Below are positions 1 to 11,289 of a stretch of 64,000 bases of DNA, one piece after another (the stretch's first letter is position 1; every line of letters begins with the position of its first letter). The notes under the pieces are model-generated. The model had not been told where the DNA came from. It ran no database searches and saw only the letters and a list, made by a program, of their open reading frames with translations. The translations under genes and the position numbers were made by a program. Source of the stretch: Chrysemys picta bellii (lineage: Eukaryota); assembly GCF_011386835.1 (NCBI RefSeq), contig NC_088791.1, forward strand, positions 49,290,001 through 49,354,000. Reading direction: 5' to 3'.

Positions 1-526
1 CTAAACGGCTTTAGAATTGATTCTTCTTGCTGATGTGACTTGTGGGAGGAAGGTAGGAGGCAGGAGGTAGCAGCTGGAGGACCACGCAGAGGAAAGACAC
101 TAGCAATACAATTTGCATCCCACCAAATGCAGAAACCTCCTATCCTATGGTGCATAATAAGCAATTGCCACCCCGTTGTAGGCTTCCACATGTGATGTTC
201 AGAACCAGTTCAACAAAAGAGGAATATCTATAACAGAGCAAACACCTTCCTTTAATTATACTTGGATAACTAAATATATTATTATTATTAGCCACAACAC
301 ACACAAAAACAGATGAGAAATCTAAAGAGAATCAAATATCTGGATGATGCCCTGGCATTCAGGATTTAGCTGAAAGATGTGTAGCCATTCAGGTGGGTAG
401 GCAGATAGTTGGCCTAACTATACAGCTAAATACATCCACATACTTTAAAAAAAATTATATAACTAATGTTTTATACAAGTTATATTAACGCATACATTAA
501 TATGAATGTGATACATGCACAGATCA

Positions 527-2655
527 CATAGAATCATAGAATCATAGAATATCAGAGTTGGAAGGGACCTCAAGAGGTCATCTAGTCCAACCCCCTGCTC
601 AAAGCAGGACCAATTCCCAGCTAAATCATCCCAGCCAGGGCTTTGTCAAGCCGGGCCTTAAAAACCTCCAAGGAAGGAGACTCCACCACCTCCCTAGGTA
701 ACGCATTCCAGTGTTTCACCACCCTCCTAGTGAAATAGTTTTTCCTGATATCCAACCTGGACCTCCTCCACCGCAACTTGAGACCATTGCTCCTTGTTCT
801 GTCATCTGCCACCACTGAGAACAGCCGAGCTCCATCCTCTTTGGAACCCCCCTTCAGGTAGTTGAAGGCTGCTATCAAATCCCCCCTCATTCTTCTCTTC
901 TGGAGACTAAACAATCCCAGTTCTCTCAGCCTCTCCTCATAAGTCATGTGCTCCAGACCCCTAATCATTTTTGTTGCCCTCCGCTGGACTCTTTCCAATT
1001 TTTCCACATCCTTCTTGTAGTGTGGGGCCCAAAACTGGACACAGTATTCCAGATGAGGCCTCACCAATGTCGAATAAAGGGGAACGATCACGTTCCTCGA
1101 TCTGCTGGCAATGCCCCTACTTATACAGCCCAAAATGCCGTTAGCCTTCTTGGCAACAAGAGCACATTGTTGACTCATATCCAGCTTCTCGTCCACTGTG
1201 ACCCCTAGGTCCTTTTCAGCAGAACTGCTACCTAGCCATTCGGTCCCTAGTCTGTAGCAGTGCATGGGATTCTTCCGTCCTAAGTGCAGGACTCTGCACT
1301 TGTCCTTGTTGAACCTCATCAGGTTTTTTTCTGCCCAATCCTCTAATTTGTCTAGGTCCCTCTGTATCCGATCCCTACCCTCTAGTGTATCTACCACGCC
1401 TCCTAGTTTAGTGTCATCTGCAAACTTGCTGAGAGTGCAGTCCACACCATCCTCCAGATCATTAATAAAGATATTAAACAAAACCAGCCCCAGGACCGAC
1501 CCTTGGGGCACTCCACTTGAAACCGGCTGCCAACTAGACATGGAGCCATTGATCACTACCCGTTGAGCCCGACGATCTAGCCAGCTTTCTATCCACCTTA
1601 CAGTCCATTCATCCAGCCCATACTTCTTTAACTTGGTGGCAAGAATACTGTGGGAGACAGTATCAAAAGCTTTGCTAAAGTCAAGAAATAACACATCCAC
1701 TGCTTTCCCCTCATCCACAGAGCCAGTTATCTCATCATAGAAGGCAATTAGGTTAGTCAGGCACGACTTCCCCTTCGTGAATCCATGCTGACTGTTCCTG
1801 ATCACTTTCCTTTCCTCTAAATGTTTCATAATTGATTCCTTGAGGACCTGCTCCATAATTTTTCCAGGGACTGAGGTGAGGCTGACTGGCCTGTAGTTCC
1901 CCGGATCCTCCTTCTTCCCTTTTTTAAAGAGGGGCACTACATTAGCCTTTTTCCAGTCATCTGGGACCTCCCCCGATCGCCATGAGTTTTCAAAAATAAT
2001 GGCTAATGGCTCTGCAATCTCACCCGCCAACTCCTTTAGCACCCTCGGATGCAGCGCATCCAGCCCCATGGACTTGTGCACGTCCAGTTTTTCTAAATAG
2101 TCCCGAACCACTTCTTTCTCCACAGAGGGCTGGTCACCTTCTCCCCATGCTGTACTGCCCAGTGCAGCAATCTGGGAGCTGACCTTGTGCGTGAAGACAG
2201 AGGCAAAAAAATCATTGAGTACATTAGCTTTTTCCATATCCTCGGTCACTAGGTTGCCTCCCTCATTCAGTAAGGGGCCCACACTTCCTTGATTTTCTTC
2301 TTGTTGCTAACATACCTGAAGAAACCCTTCTTGTTACTCTTAACATCTCTTGCTAACTGCAACTCCAAGTGTGATTTGGCCTTCCTGATTTCACTCCTGC
2401 ACGCCTGAGCAATATTTTTATACTCCTCCCTGGTCATTTGTCCAATCTTCCACTTCTTATAAGCCTCTTTTTTGCGTTTAAGATCAGCAAGGATTTCACT
2501 GTTTAGCCAAGCTGGTCGCCTGCCATATTTACTATTCTTTCTACACATCGGGATGGTTTGTTCCTGCAACCTCAATAAGGATTCTTTAAAATACAGCCAG
2601 CTCTCCTGGACCCCTTTGCCCTTCATGTTATTCTCCCAGGGGATCCTGCCCATCA
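527..2655 (-). mobile_element. CR1 LINE, 5'-truncated, young
   Basis: (ATTCTATG)n tail at 527-549 (catagaatcatagaatcatagaat on +), CR1 3'UTR, and ORF2 RT region; atca(c) occurs at both junctions. Confidence 0.97.
621..2282 (-). CDS. CR1 ORF2 remnant: reverse transcriptase and C-terminal domain, 553 aa open
   Basis: Motifs [40 protein letters not shown]. The frame continues upstream (2267-2656) across an apparent 1-nt deletion near 2285. Confidence 0.93.
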   Translation of the reverse strand: MGPLLNEGGNLVTEDMEKANVLNDFFASVFTHKVSSQIAALGSTAWGEGDQPSVEKEVVRDYLEKLDVHKSMGLDALHPRVLKELAGEIAEPLAIIFENSWRSGEVPDDWKKANVVPLFKKGKKEDPGNYRPVSLTSVPGKIMEQVLKESIMKHLEERKVIRNSQHGFTKGKSCLTNLIAFYDEITGSVDEGKAVDVLFLDFSKAFDTVSHSILATKLKKYGLDEWTVRWIESWLDRRAQRVVINGSMSSWQPVSSGVPQGSVLGLVLFNIFINDLEDGVDCTLSKFADDTKLGGVVDTLEGRDRIQRDLDKLEDWAEKNLMRFNKDKCRVLHLGRKNPMHCYRLGTEWLGSSSAEKDLGVTVDEKLDMSQQCALVAKKANGILGCISRGIASRSRNVIVPLYSTLVRPHLEYCVQFWAPHYKKDVEKLERVQRRATKMIRGLEHMTYEERLRELGLFSLQKRRMRGDLIAAFNYLKGGSKEDGARLFSVVADDRTRSNGLKLRWRRSRLDIRKNYFTRRVVKHWNALPREVVESPSLEVFKARLDKALAGMI

Positions 2656-3286
2656 CGCTTCTTGTCTATTTGGAAAATGCCTAGCACACCACTGACTCCT
2701 ACTGAAAAGAAGAAAAATAAGCTCACCTGAGCAAAGAGTAAGACATCCTACATTTGTTCAAATCACATCCCATTTTGATGACTCTTCAAACACAGATGCA
2801 GAAAACAGATGCAGAAAACACACTTTCTTTTTCTCATATGCCATTTTCAAAACGTTAAGGTCCCAGAGAATTACAGTTACATGTGTAGACAGCAAAGTGC
2901 CGCTCAGACACTCATATTATGCCTCATGTGTATCTGAGCTTAGAACTGGGCCCAACTAGCATAGTAACCCAAACAGTGCAGCCTGGTAGCACCTCATACA
3001 TAATTAGTACTATATCAAGCATCTATGTATTACACTCACCATGGAGGACCACGGAGAAACAGAGGATATGCACTTCATATGCTAATTTCTATAAAAGGCT
3101 CAACAATGGATTGCACTATAAAAAGTCCTTATGCTTTCATGTAATGGAATGCCCTTTGTGTGCTAGAATCCTTGACGCGGTGCTGATAGCCTAGTTGTAT
3201 CACCCACAGTCAACAATATCTTTCCTTTCACCATACTGATTAAATGAGTGACATTTGCTATTGGGGAATCCCCCATGGAACAATAG

Positions 3287-3426
3287 NNNNNNNNNNNNNN
3301 NNNNNNNNNNNNNNNNNNNNNNNNNNNNNNNNNNNNNNNNNNNNNNNNNNNNNNNNNNNNNNNNNNNNNNNNNNNNNNNNNNNNNNNNNNNNNNNNNNNN
3401 NNNNNNNNNNNNNNNNNNNNNNNNNN
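3287..3426. other. Assembly gap (N run)
   Basis: Run of N. Confidence 0.99.
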
Positions 3427-5230
3427 GCTAGGGTAAATTCATCATGCTAAACTGAAATGTTTCTGGCAGATGTCTACTCTGCAACAATCAGACTGTGTGT
3501 ACTATAATATGTGACAACCACAGTGCTACTTCTAGCTGTAAAATTACAAGTATAATACTTTATTAATGCTAAGTCTCAATGTAATTATGATATGCATTTT
3601 TTAATTAGGCAACTTTTTTTGCAAAAAAATTTCTGTACTTTATTTATATATATGCAAAAGAGATTTGGTTTTAAAAATAAATATTGAGGAAAAAATTACG
3701 ATTACAAAGACACTAAAGAAGAATTTTTTATACTTACCAAAATTATTTTTCTCACTCAATTTACACCCCTGAGAAATTTGAAATAGATTTTTTTCTCCCC
3801 AATCCTTATGAAACTCTCTACTTCGCTACCTCTCACCGCTCATTTGTGACTGTTACTCTTGAATGACGGAATCCAGAAGCTGCTTTGGAAACAGACTGTG
3901 ACTCAGAGGTTCTGAGTATTGGGCTCCTGATGCTTCAGGGAGGAAGTACACTGTGCTGAACCAGCAGCAGGAGCACCAGTCGATGGGTAACATACACTGT
4001 GCCAAGTCACAATCTGTTTCCCTGGCTGCTCCTGAGACAGTAAAACTCTGTGCTGCCCCTTGAGAGGATCAAATCATAAATCAAACAATCTAGCCCTAAA
4101 TGAATATCTACACTGAGATATCTTAAATTTGAAATATTTAGAGAAGTCTGTGGATTTTGTCAATAAGAAAATTGACAAAAAAATGTAATGCTTTTTAAAT
4201 TTTCCAAATAGCTTCTTGACTCCATCATTCAAGGGTAGCCATCTAGCCCCAAAGACTGTCCCACCACCCTTCGACCACCATATTCCCTGCTTCTTCCCAT
4301 CCTGTGCTGCACCCTGATGTATGAGTAGCTCACAAGAGATCAAGGGAGTGTCTTATATCCCTTTGCTCTTTTGCATAGGCACACAGGATTAGTGACCAGC
4401 TAGTCCCTAGTTTTGTTCTTTTACAATTTTTGAGTATATTTGTAAAGGTTGTGACTGAAGCCATGCTGACAGCTCCTGAGACTGAAATCCCAGTGACCCT
4501 CTCTTTAATACATCAGGCTGCATTTTGTCTTGTGAACTTTCAATAAACCCCTATAGCATGGATGAACTTTCACGTTTTATTTCACTGAGAGTGGACTATT
4601 TAGCCATTCCTCTTCTCCCCCTCACTCCCATTTTATTAACTTTTGTATATTAAGTAAATTCACTTTTTATCTATGATGTTTGTTTTACAGGTAGTTCATC
4701 TAATTTAGAGTATTTTCTCAGGGACTTCAATTTAGCATTGCCCTTGAAATTATCTTTTTATGTGTTTTACATTTTTGCAATAGAAATTAATCTTTATTTG
4801 CATTATTAGTCGAGAGCCATATCCTACTCCCATCCTATTTGATATTGAATTATTTGATATTGGTATTGAAAACATCTGCCTCTGTCCTGTTATCCCAGGG
4901 AGCCGCCTTAAAGACACATGTCTGTGATTTGGTGGACTTACCCTTACCTTCAATTATATATCATTCCAGGTGTAATTTAAATGGATTAAAAATTTGCAAA
5001 AAAAAGTTACCTAGCTTTTGTAGGTTCTTCAAAATGAGTTGCTCATGTCCATTTCATTCTAGGTGTTCACACACCCACGCACGCGGCCGTCAGGAGATTT
5101 GTGCCTTAGCGGTATCCCTAGGGTTGGCTGTGGCGCCCTCTTGAGTGCCACGCTCATGTGTCGGTATATTAGGCACCTCTCAGTTCCTTTTTGTCGGCAA
5201 CTCTGACAGAGGGGCAGGAGGGAGGGTAAG

Positions 5231-5332
5231 GGAATGGACCTGAGTAACACATGTCAAAGAACAACAGTAACAAAAGGTAGGTATCAGTTTTTTCTTCTTC
5301 GAGTGCTTGCTCATGTCGATTCCATTCTAGGT
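5231..5332 (-). repeat. DIRS internal complementary region (ICR)
   Basis: Two juxtaposed segments complementary to the element termini, joined at a T run (ggtaggtatcagttttttcttcttcgagtgc). Confidence 0.85.
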
Positions 5333-5384
5333 AACTCATAAGCAGTATACCGGGAGGCGGGCTCAGAGTTCACGGTCGTGCGAC

Positions 5385-6191
5385 TTACAACACTGCTCTA
5401 CCAAAGCCAGCATCTTCTCGGGCCTGCTGCGTAAGTATGTAATGCGACGTAAACATGAGGATAGACAACCAGGTAGTGGCCCTGCAGATATCCTGAATCA
5501 GCACTTGGGCCAGAAAGGATGTCGATGAAGCCTGTGCCCTAGTTGAGTGGGCAGTCACGGTCGCCAGTGGAGGCACCTTCGCCAGGTCATAGCAGTAATG
5601 GATGCAGGCTATGATCCAGGATGAAATCCTCTGTGCAGACACTGGGCGACCTTTCATCCTGTCCTCCACTGCAACGAACACCTGCGTTGACCTGCGAAAT
5701 GGCTTAGTCCTGTCGATATAGAAGGAAAGTGCCCTCCTGATGTCCAGGGCACACAATTTGTGCTTCTCTTCCAATTTATGAGACTTCAGAAAGAAGACTG
5801 GTAAATATATGTCTTGGCCGGTATGAAATTGTGAAACTACCTTGGACAAGAACACTGAGTGCGGCTGCAGCTGGACCTTGTCCTTGTAGAACATCGTATA
5901 GGGCGGCTCTGAAGTAAGCACCCTGATCTCAGATGTTATTGTGACCAAGAAAGAAACTTTCCAGGAAAGGAGGAGAAGAGAACAGGAAGCTAAAGGCTCA
6001 AAAGGAGGACCCATGAGCCGTGACAGCATGAGGTTTGGGTCCCAGGAAGGGATGGGATTCCTGACGTGTGGGTAGAGATGCTCCAGACCTTTCAAAAATT
6101 GGACCGTCATGTCATGAGCAAAGACTGACCTGCCCTGGAGCAGAGGGTGGAAGGCCGAAATAGTGGCTAAATAGACTTTGATCAACGACAA
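5385..6191 (-). pseudogene. DIRS tyrosine recombinase remnant
   Basis: Retains AHSTRAQ and FTSHY. The first catalytic Arg segment (SRRIS in copy 2) is deleted here (ITSEIRVL). Confidence 0.9.
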
Positions 6192-6384
6192 GGACTATCC
6201 TCAGAACTTGAGGTACAGAAGATAGTCCAGGATCGCCTGCAGCAAAGCCTGCTCAGCCCGGATGCCGCGGTCTGAGGACCAGCACATCAACCTCTTCTCA
6301 CTTGGCCAGGTAGGTTGCTCTGGGGGAAGACTTTCTGCTACACAACAAGACCTGTTGGACATAGGCATTTCCATTCCTCCTCAT

Positions 6385-6927
6385 TCAGCCATGCAGTAGC
6401 AACGCTGTCAAGTGCAACACCATCAGGTTTGGGTGCAGAAGACTGCCAGGGTTCTGAGACAGCAGGTCCGGCCAGAGAGGTAGCTGCAGCAGGGCGGCTA
6501 CCGAAAGGTCCAGCAGCATGCCAAACCAGTACTGTCGAGGCCATGCAGGGGCTATCAGGATAACCTTCACCCTGTCCTGTTTGATCTTTATGAGGACTCT
6601 GTGGATCAAAGGCACAGGCGGGAAAGCATACATCAAGGCCCCTGACCATGGGAGCAGAAAAACATCTGATAGGGAGCCCTTGTCCATCCCCCCACTCGAA
6701 CAGAACACGTGGCATTTCCTTTTCTGACGGGATGCGAACAAGTCCACCTGGGGAGTCCCCCACCTCCAGAAGATCATACTGACCACCATCTCGTGGCAAT
6801 ATGAGAAGGTCCTGCTGAAGTGATCTGCTAACCCGTTCCTGGTCCTGGGCAGATGCGCGTCTACCAGAAGAATGGTATGCCACACACAGATGTCCCAAAG
6901 GCAGAGAGCTTCTTGGCAAAGGCCCAA
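6385..6927 (-). pseudogene. DIRS RNase H end plus Dam-like (N6-adenine) methyltransferase domain
   Basis: LADHFSR, VDLFAS, MYAFPP, APAWPRQYWF motifs typical of the DIRS1 MT domain. Confidence 0.85.
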
Positions 6928-6934
6928 TGACCTG

Positions 6935-7606
6935 TGTGACAGACCCAGACCAGTGGGTTACAGGAGTCTGGTAGAGGGCAAATATACTGGTCACTGGATG
7001 AGTAGTTTTCTGTTCCCTGAGTGACCAGAGCAGGGGCTGCACTAGAGTAATCAGGAACCTGCTAGAACCAGTTAAGGCAGGCAGGCTAATTAGGACATCT
7101 GGAGCCAATTAAGAAGAAGCTGCTAGAATCAATTAAGGCAGGCCAATCAGGGCACCTGGGTTTTAAATGGAGCTCACTTCAGTTTGTGGTGCGAGTGTGA
7201 GGAGCTGGGAGCAAGAGGTGCAAGGAGCTGAGAGGGAGAGGGAGAGGTGTGCGGCTGGAGGACTGAGGAGCACAAACATTATCAGATACCAGGAGGAAGG
7301 TCCTGTGGTGAGAATAAGGAAGGTATTTGGAGGAGACCATCGGGAAGTAGCCTAGGGAGTTGTAGCTGTCATGCAGCTATTACAAGAGGCACTATAGACA
7401 GCTGCAGTCCACCGGCCCCTGGGCTGGAACCCGGAATAGAGGGCGGGCCCGGATTCCCCCCAAACCTCCCAATTGACCTGGACTGTGGGTTCTTCCAGAG
7501 GGGAAGGTCTCTGGGCTGTTCCCCAACCCACATGGTGAATCTCTGAGGCAAGAAAATCCACCATTAAGCATAGGACCCACCAAGATAGAGGAAGAACTTT
7601 GTCACA
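6935..7606 (+). mobile_element. Solo LTR (probably Gypsy), 672 bp, nested in DIRS copy 1
   Basis: TGTGACA...TGTCACA termini and a 4-bp TSD CCTG (6931-6934 / 7607-7610). Removing it restores YINRQGGARSLGLCQEA. Repeated CCAAT-containing units and a TTTTAAA box suggest + orientation (strand inferred). Confidence 0.9.
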
Positions 7607-8251
7607 CCTGGCTCCACCCTGCCTGTTGATGTAATATATAACAGCAGTATTGTCTGTCAGGACCTGCACTACCTTGCCCCTCAGGTGGGGCAAGAAAGCC
7701 TGGCAGGCCAGGTAAACCGCTTTGAGCTCCCTGACATTGATATGGAGGGCCAGATCGTCCCGCAGCCAGCGGCCTTGCATACTGAGCTCACCCAGGCGGG
7801 CTCCCCAGCCCAGATCTGAAGCATCAGAGACCAGGGTCAGCGATGGGGATGGGGCTGCGAAGGGAACTCCCTCCAACACCAACCTGGGATCCAACCACAA
7901 TCCAGGGATGACTGGATGTAATCCGGCACCCTGACTACCTGGTCTAGGTTATGCCTGTTGGGGATGTAGACCGACGCTAGCCATGCTTGCAGAAGCCTGA
8001 GATGGAGCCGGGCATGACTGGCCACGTATGTTCATGCAGCCATGTGGCCCAACAACAATAAGCGTCCTTCAAGTCGAGAGTGGCATACTAGTCTCCCAGA
8101 TCGAGGAGGGGATGATGGAGAACAGACAGATCACGCAAAACTTCAACTTCTTGAGAGACTTGTTGAGGCGTCGCAGGTCCAGAATGGGTCTGAGGCCCCC
8201 TCTTACTTTCAGGATTAGGAAGTAGTGGGAGTAGAACCATTTTCCTTTCAT
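7607..8251 (-). pseudogene. DIRS RT (N-terminal part) and RNase H remnant
   Basis: YFLILKVRGGLRPILDLRRLN, DLKDAY, then a deletion of the RT core; SDASDLGWG, HINVRELKAV, TDNTAVIYYINRQGG. Confidence 0.88.
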
Positions 8252-8639
8252 GTCCCGTGGAACCTCCTCTACCGCTGCCAGGTGCAGGAGGTTCTCAACC
8301 TCTTGAGCAAGGAGTTGCTCATGAGATGGGTCCCTGAAGAGGGATGGGAAAGAGGGAGGCTTGGGAGGGAGGGGCGGCAGCTCAGAATTGCAGGGTATAG
8401 CCTCGAGATACTTTCTCTAGCACCCAGCGGTCCAAGGTGACCCGTGACCAGCCCGAACGGTAGAGACAAAGACGGTTGAAGAAAGAACAAGGTGGATCTG
8501 GGGAGTTGACTGGGGCATTGTTCTCGAGCGCACCTTCAAATTGAGCACTTCTGGCCTCCAGGATGCTTTGCCTGGCCGGGCTGCACAGGTGAGTGGGAGG
8601 GGAAGGGCGGCAATGCCTAGAGCTCGTATCCCTTCTCCT

Positions 8640-10845
8640 CACAGACCCTTGTCAAGACTGCCAAGGCCTTGGTGGTGGCGGCCGGAACTGCTTCCTCTCC
8701 AAATGCCATGTATGCAGACTCAGGGAGCAAAGGATGGCCCGAGTGTCCTTTAGGCAATGCAAGCATGCATCAGTCTGCTCCACGAAGAGAACATTCCCAA
8801 CAAATGGGAGATCTTGAATTGAGGCCTGCATTTCTTGGGACAGGCTATCAGTCTGAAGCCAGGAGCTGCACCTCATGACCACCGCCGATGCAACCACCCT
8901 AACCACTGAAGAATAAATGTCGCATTTGGACCTAGAAAGGACCTAGAAAGAGCGTGACATCCATCTGAGGGCCCTCCTCATGGAGGCTGCTCTCCGCCCA
9001 GCTTCTGAGCCTTCCCGGCCGGATTCCACCCCTAGTACCTCAGTCTCGGTGCGTAGAGCACCCCTGGCACTGGGCTCTGCCTGGCACCGCTCTCAGTCAC
9101 TGGTGCCCCAAAAGAAGGCCAAGAAACACAGATCCCCAGCACCAGGGAAGAAAGGCCAGGGGATTTGAAGGGAGCACCTTGCTACCGCCGTACCCTCTTC
9201 CACCAGGGTGCCAAACTCCTGGGCCAAATCCTGGGGCAGGGATTCCTTTAACTTATGAGGGAGTCCCATAAGTTAAAATTATATCTGCCCAAGAGAGGCC
9301 GGTGGTTCGCCACCTGGAACTGAAGGCTGGCTGTTGAATAAATTTTCCTTCCAAAAAGGTCCAGCCTCTTAGCCTCTTTATTTTTGGGGCTTGAACTGGT
9401 ATGCCCCTGCTTGTCCTTTTCATTGACTGCAGAGATGGCCAGCGAGTGTGGAGGCAGGTGGGTATACAAGTACTCGAACCCCTTGGCTGGGATGAAGTAC
9501 TTTTTCCAACCCTCTTGGAGGTAGGCGGGATGGACGACAGGGTTTGCCAGAGGGCCTTGGCAGTTTTCAAGACCCCATCTTGCTCTGATAGTGCAACACG
9601 GGTAGACACCAAGAGCACATTGAACAGGGGGTGTCTGCCTGCTCGGCCATCTCCTCTATCTCTAGGCCCAAGTCCTTGGCCACCCATCAAAGCAGAACCT
9701 AGTGATCTTTAAAATCGTCCAGCGAGCTGGCACTCAAGGGTCCGCCACCAACTTGTCCGGGCATGAGGACGATAACTATGCCACCGGGGGAGGCCCCGGG
9801 CATCATCCTCTGTGAGGGAATGGGGTTTCGGGGTGGGCACTCGTTCCTCTACCCCGACCTCCAAGTGTGCTTTGCACACCAATCCCAGTGCTGCTAGTGC
9901 TGTCAACCGTTGCTCCAAGGCAGCAGCTGACGAATGGTGCACAGGGGGCATCGGCATCACAGGCATGCCCAACGCACTCCAATAGGGCCACTGTGCTGCT
10001 ACTGGCTGCGTTGCCAAGGTGGCATCGCAGAAGTTGACGCAGCCTCAGGTGCCCAATCACGCAGTAATACCTTGGTGAGGGGCTGAACTCCTCTCCTTTC
10101 CAGAGGAATCCCCTTCTGGTGACCGCAGTAGGGCTGTTGATGTCTCTATCTGATGGCTAACCATTGCCACTGGTGACCAGTGCTTCGAACAGGCAGACCA
10201 GGGCCGAGGGAACTGGTACTGCAATGGAGATCATTCCCACAGCGCGGGGGACAGGGATCTGCACAGAGAAGTTGACTGACAGAAGGGTGAATGGTGCCGG
10301 TGATATGGTGACCAGCGCCTCCCCCTAGCTGACCTGCATCAAGAGGGTGGAGACTGCGATCACGGTGCGGGTGATCTTGGGTGAGCCACGGAGAACCTGG
10401 GCTGCAGAGCCAGAGATCTGCAGCACAGAGTCAGAGAGTGCTGCCTCAGCTCTGGGGATCGGCAGTGCTCAACTGCCTCTGAGGGGTCCTGATGGCTGGC
10501 TTGCCCTCATAGGGAGCCTTTGCTGCTTCCTGCGGCATATGTGGTGCTGGCGGCACTGGTAGAGGCCCTGCCACAAGTCTGAGTCCCCTAGCGCTTCCGG
10601 GAGTGGGTGGCGGATCCCTTGGAGGTTAGAGGCCCCAATTCTGGAGGCAGGTCCATGTGGCTCTGGTGTGGGCGGGCGGCCCAAACTGGGTCCTTTGCCT
10701 GAAACCCTATGGCCTTTCTTCTCTGGTGCCGGGGAGCCATGCTTCTTGGCCTTCTTTTTGGGCACCAGTGATGAAGAGCGGTGCCAGGCAGAGCCCAGTG
10801 CCGGGGGTGCACTAAACACCGAGGCTGAGGTACTAGGGGTGGTAA
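8640..10845 (-). pseudogene. DIRS gag (ORF1) remnant, fragmented
   Basis: Frameshifted pieces such as YLYTHLPPHSL, RLDLFGRKIYSTASLQFQVAN, MRCSSWLQ, DLPFVGNVLF, all matching the copy-2 gag pieces. Confidence 0.75.
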
Positions 10846-11289
10846 GACTAACCGTCCTGGGTGGTCAGAAGGAACTTAGAGGGCATAGGGCTGGAGGTGC
10901 CTAATATACCGATGCATGAGCACGGCACTCAAGAGGGCAGCCAACTCTACGGATACTGGTAAGGAAAAAATCTCCAACAGCCACGCACATGAGCACGCGC
11001 ACACCTAGAATGGAATTGACATGAGCAAGCACTTGAAGAAGAACTCATATTCCCTGTGCCCATATCATTTACTGTTAGAAGGGAAACAGGAAAGTATAAA
11101 GACATTGTAGAAACCATTAGAGTAAATCAGGTAAGAAACAATTCACATTTCAGACATAGTCTATCTCTAGACCTTGATATTGTAGCACCTTTGGATTCAG
11201 CCCAATAACCTGTGTTTCACTAAAGCATAACGTGTGTATGGCGAAAACATACGAGAAACATACTTTCTTTGAATGAGCCCAGGTTAACT

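Larger units (their letters stand above)
4998..11044 (-). mobile_element. DIRS1-like tyrosine-recombinase retrotransposon, copy 1 (decayed, with nested insertions)
   Basis: Inverted terminal repeats of ~175 bp (5024-5200 vs 10870-11044), internal complementary region, gag/RT/RNaseH/methyltransferase/YR remnants in DIRS order, and no TSD beyond an AA core. Confidence 0.93.

Noticed and set aside
948-1566. + strand ORFs of 86 and 100 aa (also 11594-12118 on the minus strand)
   Set aside because: Antisense shadows of CR1 ORF2.
3840-4000. Exon-like AG...GT segment with an AP-1 motif
   Set aside because: Weak splice signals, no coding frame and no homology I recognise.
6338-7108. 256-aa minus-strand ORF
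   Set aside because: Chimera of solo-LTR antisense sequence and an alternative DIRS frame; it crosses the insertion junction.
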